Below, piece by piece: positions 49,870 to 59,252 of a DNA stretch of 64,000 nt; position 1 is the first letter of the stretch, and each line of letters starts with the position of its first letter. Where the stretch lies: NCBI GenBank assembly GCA_021813905.1, contig JAKAJH010000009.1, forward strand, positions 7,346-71,345, in the 5' to 3' direction. Under the pieces are notes generated by a model. The model was not told the origin of the DNA. It saw nothing but the letters and a program-made list of their open reading frames with translations, and made no database searches. The translations under genes were made by a program, and so were the position numbers. The stretch comes from Bacteroidota bacterium (GTDB lineage Bacteria; Bacteroidota; Ignavibacteria; UBA10030).

Positions 49870-50963
49870 GACAATTCGCGCCCCTTGCTCTGCTGCTTTT
49901 GATGCTGGCCGCCTGCCAGGAATATCGCTTCCCTGTGGAAACGCTGCCTCAGGGCGGTCAACGGACCGGCCAGATCGGCGACACGCTCTATGTTCAGCAA
50001 TATCCGAATTGGGAGGGATTCAACCAACCCCAGGCCATTGCTGTTGGATTTGAACCCCTGCTCTATGTCGCCGACACGGACAACGACCGGGTCGTCATGC
50101 TCGATCTGGCCGGACGCGTCATCGGCTATTCACCGATGATCAAGCATCCGGTGGCAATCGCGGAGGATCGGAGACTGCAGCTGCTCGTCTGCGCCGAATT
50201 CGATACGCTTCTGGCGGGACAGAGCCATCCGACCACCTTCGGAGCGATCTATCGGATTGACCTTGTGGCCACGGGCCATGACATCACGACCGCCACTCCG
50301 GTCCGCGTGTTCACGGAGTTGAGTGACTCGAGCCGGCGGTACAGCGCCGTCGCGACGATGTACGACAATTCATACTACGTGACGCGGGTAGGGCCGAAGA
50401 ACGCTTTGACGAGCTTTGACCGGGATAACGCCATTCTGCTGTTTGCGAAGAATGATTCGCTCATCACCCCGGTGACGGCAAACTTCTCTCCGGATGGCAC
50501 CGGCCTCCTGTCGATCCATGCCGCCACCGGCATCGCCACGATGCCGACGGGCAAGAGCGTGGAATTCGTCTTTTCCCAGGTGGAATCGAACTCCGGGATC
50601 ACTCCGCTGTACAAAGTACAATGGATCCGGCTCGTCTCGGAAGGACAGACGACCAACTACCTGTCGAAGTTCTATCCGAGCGTGGATGGCGATATAGATC
50701 TGCTGCGCATCAACCGGTTCACCCATCCGACGGGCGTCACGCTTGATCCGTCCGGGAATCTCTACGTGACCGATGCAGGAACCGACAGTCTCTATCGCTT
50801 CACGCCGCGGGGTGTGGAAGCGTACTCCTTCGGTGGGACCGGATCGGGGGAACGGCAGTTCCGGCAACCGGCCGGGGTGGCGTACTTCGACAAAACAGTG
50901 TATGTGGCGGACAAGGGAAACAACCGCATTGTTCGCTTCAAACTTTCGACAGATCTGCAGTGA
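49866..50963 (+). CDS. NHL-repeat beta-propeller lipoprotein
   Basis: GTG start; lipobox LAAC; FNQPQAIA..LYVADTDNDRV, FTHPTGVTLD..GNLYVTD, FRQPAGVA..VYVADKGNNRI. Confidence 0.83.
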   Translation: MRQFAPLALLLLMLAACQEYRFPVETLPQGGQRTGQIGDTLYVQQYPNWEGFNQPQAIAVGFEPLLYVADTDNDRVVMLDLAGRVIGYSPMIKHPVAIAEDRRLQLLVCAEFDTLLAGQSHPTTFGAIYRIDLVATGHDITTATPVRVFTELSDSSRRYSAVATMYDNSYYVTRVGPKNALTSFDRDNAILLFAKNDSLITPVTANFSPDGTGLLSIHAATGIATMPTGKSVEFVFSQVESNSGITPLYKVQWIRLVSEGQTTNYLSKFYPSVDGDIDLLRINRFTHPTGVTLDPSGNLYVTDAGTDSLYRFTPRGVEAYSFGGTGSGERQFRQPAGVAYFDKTVYVADKGNNRIVRFKLSTDLQ

Positions 50964-51003
50964 CGTGTGCCGGCCCTGCGAGTGCCGGGCCGGCATGCCT
51001 TCG

Positions 51004-51771
51004 TTACGCTGATTCCTCCGTCGTACCTCGTTCAAGCATTTCGATCACACGCTGCGGCCAGGAGAATCGTACACCGGCTGCGCGTACCTGCGTCTGGTAC
51101 AGCCGCAATTCCTGAGGCGGTCCCGCGACCATCACTCCGCCCTTGTTGAGAACCAGCACCTGCGTCGCCAGCGGCAGCAGCGTTTCTACGTCGTGCGTGG
51201 CAACGACGAGCGTCCTTCCACGGTCCCGGAGCTGCTGAAAGGCAGTCAACGCCGTCCGGCGCTGTCCGTACGAGAGTCCGGCCGTCGGTTCGTCGAACGC
51301 GAGGACCGGCGTTTCCATCGCAACCGCAGAAGCCAATGTCAGAAGCTTCCGATACGAGGGATGAAGATCGTACGGATGGGTGGTTCGGTGCGCCAGCAAT
51401 CCGAAGAGTTCCAGCGCATGTGCCGCGGAACGGTCAGGATCAGCGCGGCGGAGATTGTGCGGACCGTACTGAACCTCGTCGATGACCGTGTGACGGAAGA
51501 TCTGATCGGCCGCACGCTGAAAGGTCACCGCGACGTGTCCGGCAAGGACTGAGACGGGATGCTCACTGGTGCGCAATCCATTCACCCGGATCGATCCCGA
51601 GGTCGGCTGCAGGAGTCCGTTGAGGAGCTTCAGAAGCGTGCTTTTGCCGGCGCCGTTGTGCCCGAGGATCAGCAGACAGGATCCTGGCGGCGCGGACAGA
51701 TCGATGGCGTGCAGCGCGCTTGCCGTGCATCCGGGGTACGTGAACGATACGCTGGAGATCTCGAGGATCAC
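51004..51771 (-). CDS. ECF transporter ATPase (A' component)
   Basis: VSFTYP, GHNGAGKST, FQ...QIF..TV.DEV.YG, HPYDL, FDEPTAG, ATHD; GTG start overlaps the upstream stop. Confidence 0.88.
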   Translation of the reverse strand: MILEISSVSFTYPGCTASALHAIDLSAPPGSCLLILGHNGAGKSTLLKLLNGLLQPTSGSIRVNGLRTSEHPVSVLAGHVAVTFQRAADQIFRHTVIDEVQYGPHNLRRADPDRSAAHALELFGLLAHRTTHPYDLHPSYRKLLTLASAVAMETPVLAFDEPTAGLSYGQRRTALTAFQQLRDRGRTLVVATHDVETLLPLATQVLVLNKGGVMVAGPPQELRLYQTQVRAAGVRFSWPQRVIEMLERGTTEESA

Positions 51772-52598
51772 GTCATACCCGCCAGTCGCCGGAGCCGGCG
51801 GACCAGTGGATCGCCGGCTGGGGCACGTTCGAGACGCCGAAGGGCCGTGGTCCACGGTTCGGTCGGCAGCATGTCGCAGTACAGCGATCCGCTCCGGATA
51901 AGATCGGCGGGTGATCCGGTGAAACGAACACCGCCGGCGTCGAACACGCAAACGGTATCCGCACATCGTACGGCAAGATCAAGCGTCGTGTCCGTGAACA
52001 TGATGGTCGACCGGTGCGCCAGACGACGCAACAGGGATGCGAGCGCGATTGCAGACGCCGGATCCAGAGCGCTCGCCGGTTCGTCGAGCAGGAGCACAGA
52101 TGGTCCTGTGGCGATAGCACTTGCCAGTGCGACCTTCTGAATCTCTCCACCCGAAAGAGAACGAAGCGTCCGATCACGCAGATGAGGAATGCCGAGCAAC
52201 CGGAGACTCTCTTCCAGATGATGCTCTGCGTTTTCACGCGCGACACCGGCATGACGCAATCCGAGCAGTATCTCTTCCTGTACAGTGTCCGTCAGACCGG
52301 AGATCTGAACGGCCGGATCCTGAAGCAGCATGGAAACGTGCGGAAATTCCGGGTGTGAGGGGAACGGGGTGAACGCATGACCGAGCACCGCGACGCTTCC
52401 GGACGATGAGGCACCGGTCCCGTGGATCCCGAGCAGCCCCGCGATGGCAAACAGGAGCGTGGTCTTTCCGGCTTCGCTGGGGCCGAGGATGGCCATCACA
52501 GACCCTTCGGGCACGCGCAGAGATACGTGTTCAAGCGCAGGCCGGGAGCTGTGCGCGTACGTGTAGGACAGATCTCGTATGTCTATCGCTGGATCCAC
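51768..52598 (-). CDS. ECF transporter ATPase (A component)
   Basis: LSYTY, GPSEAGKTT, QDPAVQISG..TVQEEI, LSGGEIQKVALA, LLDEP; GTG start inferred. Confidence 0.87.
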   Translation of the reverse strand: MDPAIDIRDLSYTYAHSSRPALEHVSLRVPEGSVMAILGPSEAGKTTLLFAIAGLLGIHGTGASSSGSVAVLGHAFTPFPSHPEFPHVSMLLQDPAVQISGLTDTVQEEILLGLRHAGVARENAEHHLEESLRLLGIPHLRDRTLRSLSGGEIQKVALASAIATGPSVLLLDEPASALDPASAIALASLLRRLAHRSTIMFTDTTLDLAVRCADTVCVFDAGGVRFTGSPADLIRSGSLYCDMLPTEPWTTALRRLERAPAGDPLVRRLRRLAGMT

Positions 52599-53323
52599 GC
52601 GAGGAGTCTCCAGGCAACAGTGATAAAGCTGAGCGACAGCAAGGGCCACGTCCAGCGGGATGCCGACGAGGCGGTCGAATAGGACGGGAGGATCCGCGCG
52701 CTCCCCAGACCGCGCAAAGCGTACGCATGACCTCGTTCGATCGCTTCGGCGAGGGAGGAGACCGTCAGCGGACCGAGGACGGCAATGAGACTCCGAAATC
52801 GGGCGAGCAGAGAGCCCCGAACCGGAGCCCCGCGCGCCTCCTGCGCTGCCAGAATGTCGTGAATGCGGTCCGGAAGCATCTCGACGATGTGAACCGAGAG
52901 CAGCGTGAGGATGGCCAGTGCGGAGGGCAGGCCGCGATCCTCGATGAAATCCGCGATGGCCCGCATGGGCGTGCTCAGGAAGAAGAACAGCACGCTTGCC
53001 GACAGCAGGATCAGACGCAGGGCTACCGTGGAGGCAAAAAGGACTCCCGATCTATTCAGCGCGATGCCTCCGACAATGAGTGTGCGCCCGGCGCCGGAGA
53101 ACATCAATCCGTTGACGATGAGCAGGACGATACTGAGGATCGCGAGAAAGGCGAGGAAACGTCGCGCCGTGTGTTTCGCACGCTCCGACGGCAATCTCCA
53201 CATCGGGGAGAACAACGGAAGTGCGAAGAGGGTCAGCACAAGGACAATCTGCAGCGTCCATGGAGCGGCGACGGCGGAGATCCAGCAGTACAGCACGAAC
53301 GCCAGTTTCGGCGCCGGTTTCAT
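52583..53323 (-). CDS. ECF transporter transmembrane T component
   Basis: TM helices with coupling motifs AQEARG and ALRG. Confidence 0.87.
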   Translation of the reverse strand: MKPAPKLAFVLYCWISAVAAPWTLQIVLVLTLFALPLFSPMWRLPSERAKHTARRFLAFLAILSIVLLIVNGLMFSGAGRTLIVGGIALNRSGVLFASTVALRLILLSASVLFFFLSTPMRAIADFIEDRGLPSALAILTLLSVHIVEMLPDRIHDILAAQEARGAPVRGSLLARFRSLIAVLGPLTVSSLAEAIERGHAYALRGLGSARILPSYSTASSASRWTWPLLSLSFITVAWRLLAWIQR

Positions 53324-53973
53324 GCGACGTGGTCTGCCGCGGGCGGCTGGATCCGGACTGCACCCGGAAATCGCATCAGCAGACGGGAGGGGAGGCGGGA
53401 GAGGAGCGCCACCACGAGCAGATAGGAGATCACCTTGTCGACCGGATCGGACGTGAGTCCCTGCAGCAACGTGCTCCGGAGGATGTCGTTTCCGAGGGAC
53501 CGGTACAGGATCACGAGCAGATCAGTGCCGGCCAGCATCGTCCCCCCGAAGACGTACGCCGCGATGGGTGCGGAGATGAGCGCCGCAATGACTCCCTGCA
53601 AAACGCCGCCGAGGACCGTGAGCGGCCATCGACGGAACCAGCCCCATCGGGCAACCAGGGAAGTCCAGATTGCGATGACGCAGACGACGGGGATGAAGAA
53701 TGCCATTGCGGGATTGCCGAACGCGGCCGCAAGCAGATTGGCCAGTGATCCGGAAATTGCGGCCTGCCACGGTCCGGCGAGCACCGCGACAAGTATGGTA
53801 CCCAGCGAGTCGAGGTAAATCGGAATCTTCAGAGCGGCCGTGATCTGACCGACGACGAGATTCAGCGCGGTCCCGAACGCCATGAGGGGCAGAACGGGAC
53901 CGGCGAAGAGAGAATGAAAGCGCGTGGAGTTCATGACAGGGCGAAGCGGCCGTGCGTCCGTGTCGGCGCGCAT
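53320..53973 (-). CDS. ECF transporter substrate-binding S component (QrtT-like)
   Basis: ALNLVVGQ...LKIPIYLDSLGT...LAGP, GWFR, FGG...GTD, DPVDK; alternative ATG at 53934. Confidence 0.82.
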   Translation of the reverse strand: MRADTDARPLRPVMNSTRFHSLFAGPVLPLMAFGTALNLVVGQITAALKIPIYLDSLGTILVAVLAGPWQAAISGSLANLLAAAFGNPAMAFFIPVVCVIAIWTSLVARWGWFRRWPLTVLGGVLQGVIAALISAPIAAYVFGGTMLAGTDLLVILYRSLGNDILRSTLLQGLTSDPVDKVISYLLVVALLSRLPSRLLMRFPGAVRIQPPAADHVA

Positions 53974-53998
53974 GCCTGGCTCAGGGTCCGGATCGGGA

Positions 53999-55231
53999 TT
54001 ACAGGAGCAACTGCGCAGGGCGTTCCAGGGTCGCCTTCAGTTCCTGCAGGAACCGGGCGGCCACGGCGCCGTCGATGATGCGATGGTCGGACGAGAGCGT
54101 CATCTTCATGTGATGGCCGACCACGATCTGGCCATTGCGTACCACCGGCGCCTCCAGGATCGCCCCGACGGCAAGGATCGCACCCTCCGGCGGATTGATG
54201 ATAGCGACGAAATCCTCAACGCCGAACATCCCCAGGTTGCTGATGGTGAACGTGGCTCCCTGATACTCCTCGGCCTTCAGACGGCGGTTGCGCGCTCGCT
54301 CGACAAGATCACGCAGTTCGGTGTTGATCTGGAAGAGGCCCTTCCGTTCGCAATTCCGGAGCACCGGCGTGACGAGGCCGTCCTCGAGGGCGACCGCGAC
54401 GGCGATGTTGGCCTCGCCGAACTGTCGCATCCGATCGCCGAGATACGTGGCGTTGACGTTGGGATGTTTCAGAAGGGTGGCGGCGCACGCTTTCACGAGA
54501 AGATCTGTGAAGCTGAGCTTCACGGCGGAGACGGCATTCAGCTGTTCGCGAAATGCCATCGCCGGCTCCATGTCCACGTCCATTGTCACATAAAAATGCG
54601 GCGCGGTCTGCTTGCTCTCCTGCATTCGCCTGGCGATCGTCTTGCGGATGAGCGAAAGTTCGACATCCTTCGTCTCGCCGGTGGGGACGGTGGCGGACAC
54701 GGGGGCCGCCGGCACCTTCCCGGAGATCAGCGGCTCAAGATCCCGCTTGATCACACGTCCCTGCGGACCGGACCCGGAGATCCGACGAAGATCGATCCGG
54801 TTCTCTTCCGCCAGCCGCCGGGCGAGCGGGGAAGCTTTTGCTTTTCCGGTCTCGACGACGGGCGACGGAGTCACGCTCAGAGCAGCTGGTGCCGTTGCAG
54901 GGGCAGGGGCTTGGGCTGCGGGCGACGTCGCAGGCTGAGGCTTTGACGCTCCCGGGGGCGGGACGTCCGTGAGGAGCGCGGAAATATCCTCATCTGCCGC
55001 CGCAATCACCGCGATCGGTGCGCCGATCGGTGCCTTGCCCCCCTGGGAAACGATGATCTTCCGGAGAAGCCCGGAGTCGTACGCCTCCAGCTCCATATCG
55101 GCTTTGTCCGATTCGATTTCGACGAGGATTTCGCCCTGCTTGACCTTCTCACCTTCGGCTTTCAACCACTTCAGGATGAGACCTTCGGTCATGGTGTCGC
55201 TGAGCTTCGGCATCAGGATCTTGGTTGCCAT
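53999..55231 (-). CDS. pdhC: Pyruvate dehydrogenase E2 dihydrolipoamide acetyltransferase
   Basis: One lipoyl domain (MPKLSDTM...IESDKA), ASPLARRLA E3-binding domain, TFTISNLGMFG, DHRIIDG. Confidence 0.95.
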   Translation of the reverse strand: MATKILMPKLSDTMTEGLILKWLKAEGEKVKQGEILVEIESDKADMELEAYDSGLLRKIIVSQGGKAPIGAPIAVIAAADEDISALLTDVPPPGASKPQPATSPAAQAPAPATAPAALSVTPSPVVETGKAKASPLARRLAEENRIDLRRISGSGPQGRVIKRDLEPLISGKVPAAPVSATVPTGETKDVELSLIRKTIARRMQESKQTAPHFYVTMDVDMEPAMAFREQLNAVSAVKLSFTDLLVKACAATLLKHPNVNATYLGDRMRQFGEANIAVAVALEDGLVTPVLRNCERKGLFQINTELRDLVERARNRRLKAEEYQGATFTISNLGMFGVEDFVAIINPPEGAILAVGAILEAPVVRNGQIVVGHHMKMTLSSDHRIIDGAVAARFLQELKATLERPAQLLL

Positions 55232-55250
55232 AGTGTGTCCCCGGAGCGGA

Positions 55251-56234
55251 TCAGTCGAGATACATCGCTTTGCGGACGGCGCGAATGACGCGCTGGATGT
55301 TGGGCAGTGAACTGACCTCGAGGTTGTGCGCGTAGGGCAGGGGCACGTCCTCCTGGGTGACGCGTTCCACAGGAGCGTCGAGATCGTCGAAGCAGTGCTT
55401 TTGCACTTCATCCACGATCTGTGCGCCGACGCCCGCGAAGGGCCAGCCTTCCTCGACGATGACGAGCCGGTTCGTCTTGCGCACCGATGCGAAAATGAGT
55501 TCCCAGTCCATTGGCTTGATGGTGCGGGGGTCGATCAGTTCCACGCTGATGCCTTCCTCGGCCAGGCGTTGAACCGCCTTGACCGTCACATGCTGAAGGA
55601 TCTTGGACCAGGAGACCACCGTGACGTCCGTGCCTTCACGAAGAATCTCTCCCACGCCGAGGGGAATTGTGTATTCGCCGTCCGGGATCTCGCCCTTCTC
55701 GCCGTACATCACTTCACTTTCGATGAAGATGATGGGATTGTCGTCGCGAATGGCGGTCTTCAGCAATCCCTTGGCATCCCGAGGATTGGAGGGCATGACC
55801 ACCTTTAAGCCGGGAATGTGCGCGTAGATCGACTCGAGTGCCTGGGAATGCGTCGCGCCCAGATTGTGGGCCGCTCCGCCGGGTCCGCGGAAGACGATGG
55901 GAACGTGAAAATGCCCGCCCGACATGGAAAGCATCTTGGCGGCGTGATTGACGATCTGGTCGTACGCGACGAGCGAGAAGTTCCACGTCATGAACTCCAC
56001 GATGGGGCGCAGGCCAACCATGGCGGCGCCGATGCCGACACCGGCAAATCCTGCCTCCGCGATCGGTGTGTCGATGATCCGCCGGGGACCGAATTTTTGC
56101 AGGAGACCCTGGCTGACCTTGTAGGCCCCGTTGTACTGCGCCACTTCTTCACCCATGAGGAAGACCCGCTCATCGCGGGTCATTTCCTCGTCCATCGCCT
56201 GATTCAACGCTTCACGGATACTGACAACCGCCAT
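55251..56234 (-). CDS. pdhB: Pyruvate dehydrogenase E1 beta subunit
   Basis: GEEVAQYNGAYKV, DTPIAE, EFMTWNF, VFRGP, HSQ. Confidence 0.96.
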   Translation of the reverse strand: MAVVSIREALNQAMDEEMTRDERVFLMGEEVAQYNGAYKVSQGLLQKFGPRRIIDTPIAEAGFAGVGIGAAMVGLRPIVEFMTWNFSLVAYDQIVNHAAKMLSMSGGHFHVPIVFRGPGGAAHNLGATHSQALESIYAHIPGLKVVMPSNPRDAKGLLKTAIRDDNPIIFIESEVMYGEKGEIPDGEYTIPLGVGEILREGTDVTVVSWSKILQHVTVKAVQRLAEEGISVELIDPRTIKPMDWELIFASVRKTNRLVIVEEGWPFAGVGAQIVDEVQKHCFDDLDAPVERVTQEDVPLPYAHNLEVSSLPNIQRVIRAVRKAMYLD

Positions 56235-56237
56235 TCC

Positions 56238-57269
56238 TTAAAACCCTCCCCGTTCGAAATACACGTCCTTCCACAACTCATCCGCCGGTGGCTCCGGACT
56301 GTTCTCGGCAAACTCCACGCATTCGTCCACCACGGCCTTGATCCGCTTTTCGGCGTTTTCGAAGTACTCGTCAGACGCGAGGCCGTCACGCTTCAGCGAT
56401 TCGGCAAAGACGACGAGCGGATCCAGTTTCTTCTGTGTCTCGACTTCTTCCTTCGTGCGGTAATGGCCGCTCACCGGGTCCGACATGGAGTGGCCGCGGT
56501 ACCGGAATGTCTGGATCTCGAGCAGGCTCGGTTCATACGTCGCACGGGCGTGATCCACGGCGGCCTTCACCGCCTTGTGTACGGCCAGGACGTCGTAGCC
56601 GGACTCCACCACCTCATTGCGCATGTCATACGCTGCGGCCTTCTGGTGAAGTTCCTCCACGGCGGATGCGCGGGCCACCGCGGTGCCCATGCCATACTTG
56701 TTATTCTCGATGATGTAGATCACCGGAAGCTTCCAGAGCGCCGCCAGATTCAGCGATTCGTGAAATGTGCCGATGTTCGTCGCCCCGTCGCCGATAAAAC
56801 AAAGGCAAACCCGCTTTTCGCCGCGGTACTTGCTGGCGAATGCGACCCCGGCCGCGATCGGGATATGACCGCCCACGATCGCATGACCGCCGAGGAAATT
56901 CTTCTCGCGGTCGAAGATGTGCATCGAGCCGCCCTTGCCTTTCGTGGTGCCGGTATGCTTTCCAAGCAGTTCGGCCAGAATGGCCCTGGGATCGACTCCC
57001 TTTGAGATCGCCAGACCGTGGTCACGGTAGGCGGTGATGACGTAGTCTTCGGGGTTGATGGCGCCGAGCGATCCGGTCGAGACTGCCTCTTGACCGTTAT
57101 AGAGATGGCAGAAGCCTCCGATCTTTCCCATGCCGTACAACTGCGCGCTCTTCTCCTCAAACCGGCGAATGAGAAGCATTTCATCGTACCACTTGAGGAG
57201 CGTGTCTGGAGGAAGCCCGGGGTCGCGGGTTGGTTTTGAGGGGGCTGAACCGATTGCTGAATTGTTCAT
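56238..57269 (-). CDS. pdhA: Pyruvate dehydrogenase E1 alpha subunit
   Basis: IGGFCHLYNGQEA, GKGGSMH, GDGA...ENNKYGMGT (TPP motif), RYRGHSMSD; start at ATG 57269 inferred. Confidence 0.95.
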   Translation of the reverse strand: MNNSAIGSAPSKPTRDPGLPPDTLLKWYDEMLLIRRFEEKSAQLYGMGKIGGFCHLYNGQEAVSTGSLGAINPEDYVITAYRDHGLAISKGVDPRAILAELLGKHTGTTKGKGGSMHIFDREKNFLGGHAIVGGHIPIAAGVAFASKYRGEKRVCLCFIGDGATNIGTFHESLNLAALWKLPVIYIIENNKYGMGTAVARASAVEELHQKAAAYDMRNEVVESGYDVLAVHKAVKAAVDHARATYEPSLLEIQTFRYRGHSMSDPVSGHYRTKEEVETQKKLDPLVVFAESLKRDGLASDEYFENAEKRIKAVVDECVEFAENSPEPPADELWKDVYFERGGF

Positions 57270-57809
57270 CAATACGTGGACCAGGTGCTGTGAGAGAAGT
57301 TGCCGGCGCATTATGAACATCAAAATATACGATTTAGTTGCAATATATGCGCACTGAGAAGATGTCAGCTGCATTGTAGAAAATTCAGACGATTGCGTCC
57401 GATCTTCGCGGAAACCTTGTCCCCGCACGTGTGGCGCGGAAATTGCCCGCTTAAGCATGCTCGAGTCCCGGCTCTATCGCGATATTGCGCTATGCCCGAG
57501 AGCGGACGTTCATGAGCCTTCAACCTGCTGGAGATCGGGCGGCACGCAGCAACGTCTCAGCAGTGCCGTGCGGTCGTGACGGGGTGCCCTGATCTGCCGG
57601 ACACAAGCTCCGGAGGATCTCAACGCAACGACCGATGGGGCCGTCGCACGGCTCGGAGGCAGGACATTGACAGTCCTTGAAATTGCGCGAGGTCGGCTTT
57701 GCGAGATGAGTATGGAACGCGGGGAGGCTGGGCAGCGACCGATCCGATCGGCGTTCAGCCGATTGCTTCTGATGCCGAGCCCGCTGATCACGGACAAGAG
57801 CAGAATACT

Positions 57810-58193
57810 ATGTCGACCGGAACCGTATTGGTGATCGATGACGAAGAACTCGTTCGGGATGTTGTCGAAGACACCCTGCGCTCCGAGGGGATTACTGTCT
57901 CGTTGGCGGCGAACGGGACGGAGGGGATTCGTCTGTTCCGCGATCACTGGCGGGAGGTCGGCGTTGTCCTGCTTGACCTCTCCATGCCCGGACTGAGCGG
58001 TGAAGAGACATATCGGCTCCTTCGGGAGATTGATCCTTCCGTCAAAGTCATTTTCTCCTCCGGCTATAGCGCCAACGATGCGCTCAGTATGCTTCCGGAA
58101 GGTGACACCACGAACTTCATCAAAAAGCCGTACAAAGGAACATCCCTCGTCGAAATGATTTGCCGGATCATGCGGAGTTCGACAACAGCGTAG
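57810..58193 (+). CDS. Single-domain response regulator (receiver)
   Basis: VLVIDDE, VLLDLSMPG, FSSGY, FIKKPY. Confidence 0.85.
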   Translation: MSTGTVLVIDDEELVRDVVEDTLRSEGITVSLAANGTEGIRLFRDHWREVGVVLLDLSMPGLSGEETYRLLREIDPSVKVIFSSGYSANDALSMLPEGDTTNFIKKPYKGTSLVEMICRIMRSSTTA

Positions 58194-58356
58194 AAGGGGC
58201 GATTCAACGCGGCGCGTGAGTCCCGAGGAGCGCTCCGATCCGTCGGCAAAAACAGTCACGTGTCCGCCGGAAACTTGAAGTATCCTCGGATCTTCCGCCA
58301 CCGTGGCTTTCCTCCTGTTCGATCCCTGCCTTTCATTTTCAGCAAAAAAATGATTA

Positions 58357-58378
58357 CACTGACATCAATATGTCAGTG
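58357..58378. promoter_or_regulatory. Perfect palindrome overlapping the nadC start codon
   Basis: CACTGACAT-CAAT-ATGTCAGTG; the right arm begins with the nadC ATG. Confidence 0.5.
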
Positions 58379-59233
58379 CCGAACCCGGATATTGTGGATC
58401 TCGTGGATCGCGCGTTGGCCGAAGATATCGGCGCAGGCGATGCCACCACGAACAGCATCATCCCGGCGGACGCAATGATGCGGGGAACGATCGTCGCCAA
58501 GCAGCACGGCGTGATCGCCGGTCTAGATATCGTCGGGATCGTCTTCAGCAGGCTGGATGGGACTTCGAACGTTACTGCGCTGGCGGGCGAAGGATCCAGG
58601 GTTGCCACAGGAAGTCCCGTGGCGGAGATTGTGGGCCTGACCCGGGCACTCTTGACAGGCGAGCGGACCGCGCTGAATATCCTCGGCCGGATGTCCGGCA
58701 TAGCGACGTCGACGCGTGCGTTCGTGGACGCTGTTGCGGGAACGAAGGCGGTCATTCTCGACACGCGAAAGACGGTCCCCGGATTGCGCACCCTGGATAA
58801 GCTGGCGGTCCGACGGGGCGGAGGCCGGAATCATCGCATGGGCCTCTTCGATATGGTGTTGATCAAAGATAATCATATTGATGCGGCGGGATCGATTCGG
58901 AACGCGGTTGCGCGCGTGCGCTCGGCGGCGCCGGGACTACCGGTGGAAGTGGAAGCCCGCACGCTGGCGGACGTGCGTGAAGCGCTGGAACTGGGGGTCG
59001 AACGGATTCTGTTGGATAATATGACGCCGGCGATGATGCGTGAGGCGGTCGGCATCACGGCCGGGCGCGCACGCCTGGAAGCATCGGGGAACGTGACGCT
59101 CAAAACGGTCCGTGCGATCGCTGAGACGGGAGTGGACGAGATCTCTGTCGGAGCCCTGACGCATTCGCCGACATCCCTGGATGTCAGTTTCCGTTGGAGC
59201 GGAACTGGTCCTGCACCGGCGAACCGGAACTGA
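58370..59233 (+). CDS. nadC: Nicotinate-nucleotide pyrophosphorylase (quinolinate phosphoribosyltransferase)
   Basis: ALAEDIG.GD.TT, GERTALN, DTRKT.PG, NHRMGLFD..LIKDNH, EVE, LLDN, EASG. Confidence 0.96.
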   Translation: MSVPNPDIVDLVDRALAEDIGAGDATTNSIIPADAMMRGTIVAKQHGVIAGLDIVGIVFSRLDGTSNVTALAGEGSRVATGSPVAEIVGLTRALLTGERTALNILGRMSGIATSTRAFVDAVAGTKAVILDTRKTVPGLRTLDKLAVRRGGGRNHRMGLFDMVLIKDNHIDAAGSIRNAVARVRSAAPGLPVEVEARTLADVREALELGVERILLDNMTPAMMREAVGITAGRARLEASGNVTLKTVRAIAETGVDEISVGALTHSPTSLDVSFRWSGTGPAPANRN

Positions 59234-59252
59234 GTTAATCGAAGACGCGACG

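Noticed and set aside
40200..50963. Classical SusC/SusD polysaccharide utilisation locus
   Set aside because: The receptor lacks SusC-type signatures, and no SusD-like TPR lipoprotein or CAZyme is recognisable.
57510..58301. 263-aa minus-strand ORF, plus the long N-terminal extensions given for pdhA, pdhC, guaA and the ABC permease
   Set aside because: The first is antisense to a clear receiver gene; the extensions overlap neighbouring genes or promoter DNA and precede the conserved N-termini.
58194..58369. NAD+ riboswitch upstream of the nad operon
   Set aside because: I could not match a known aptamer by eye, and the putative promoter abuts the start codon; an Infernal scan would settle it.
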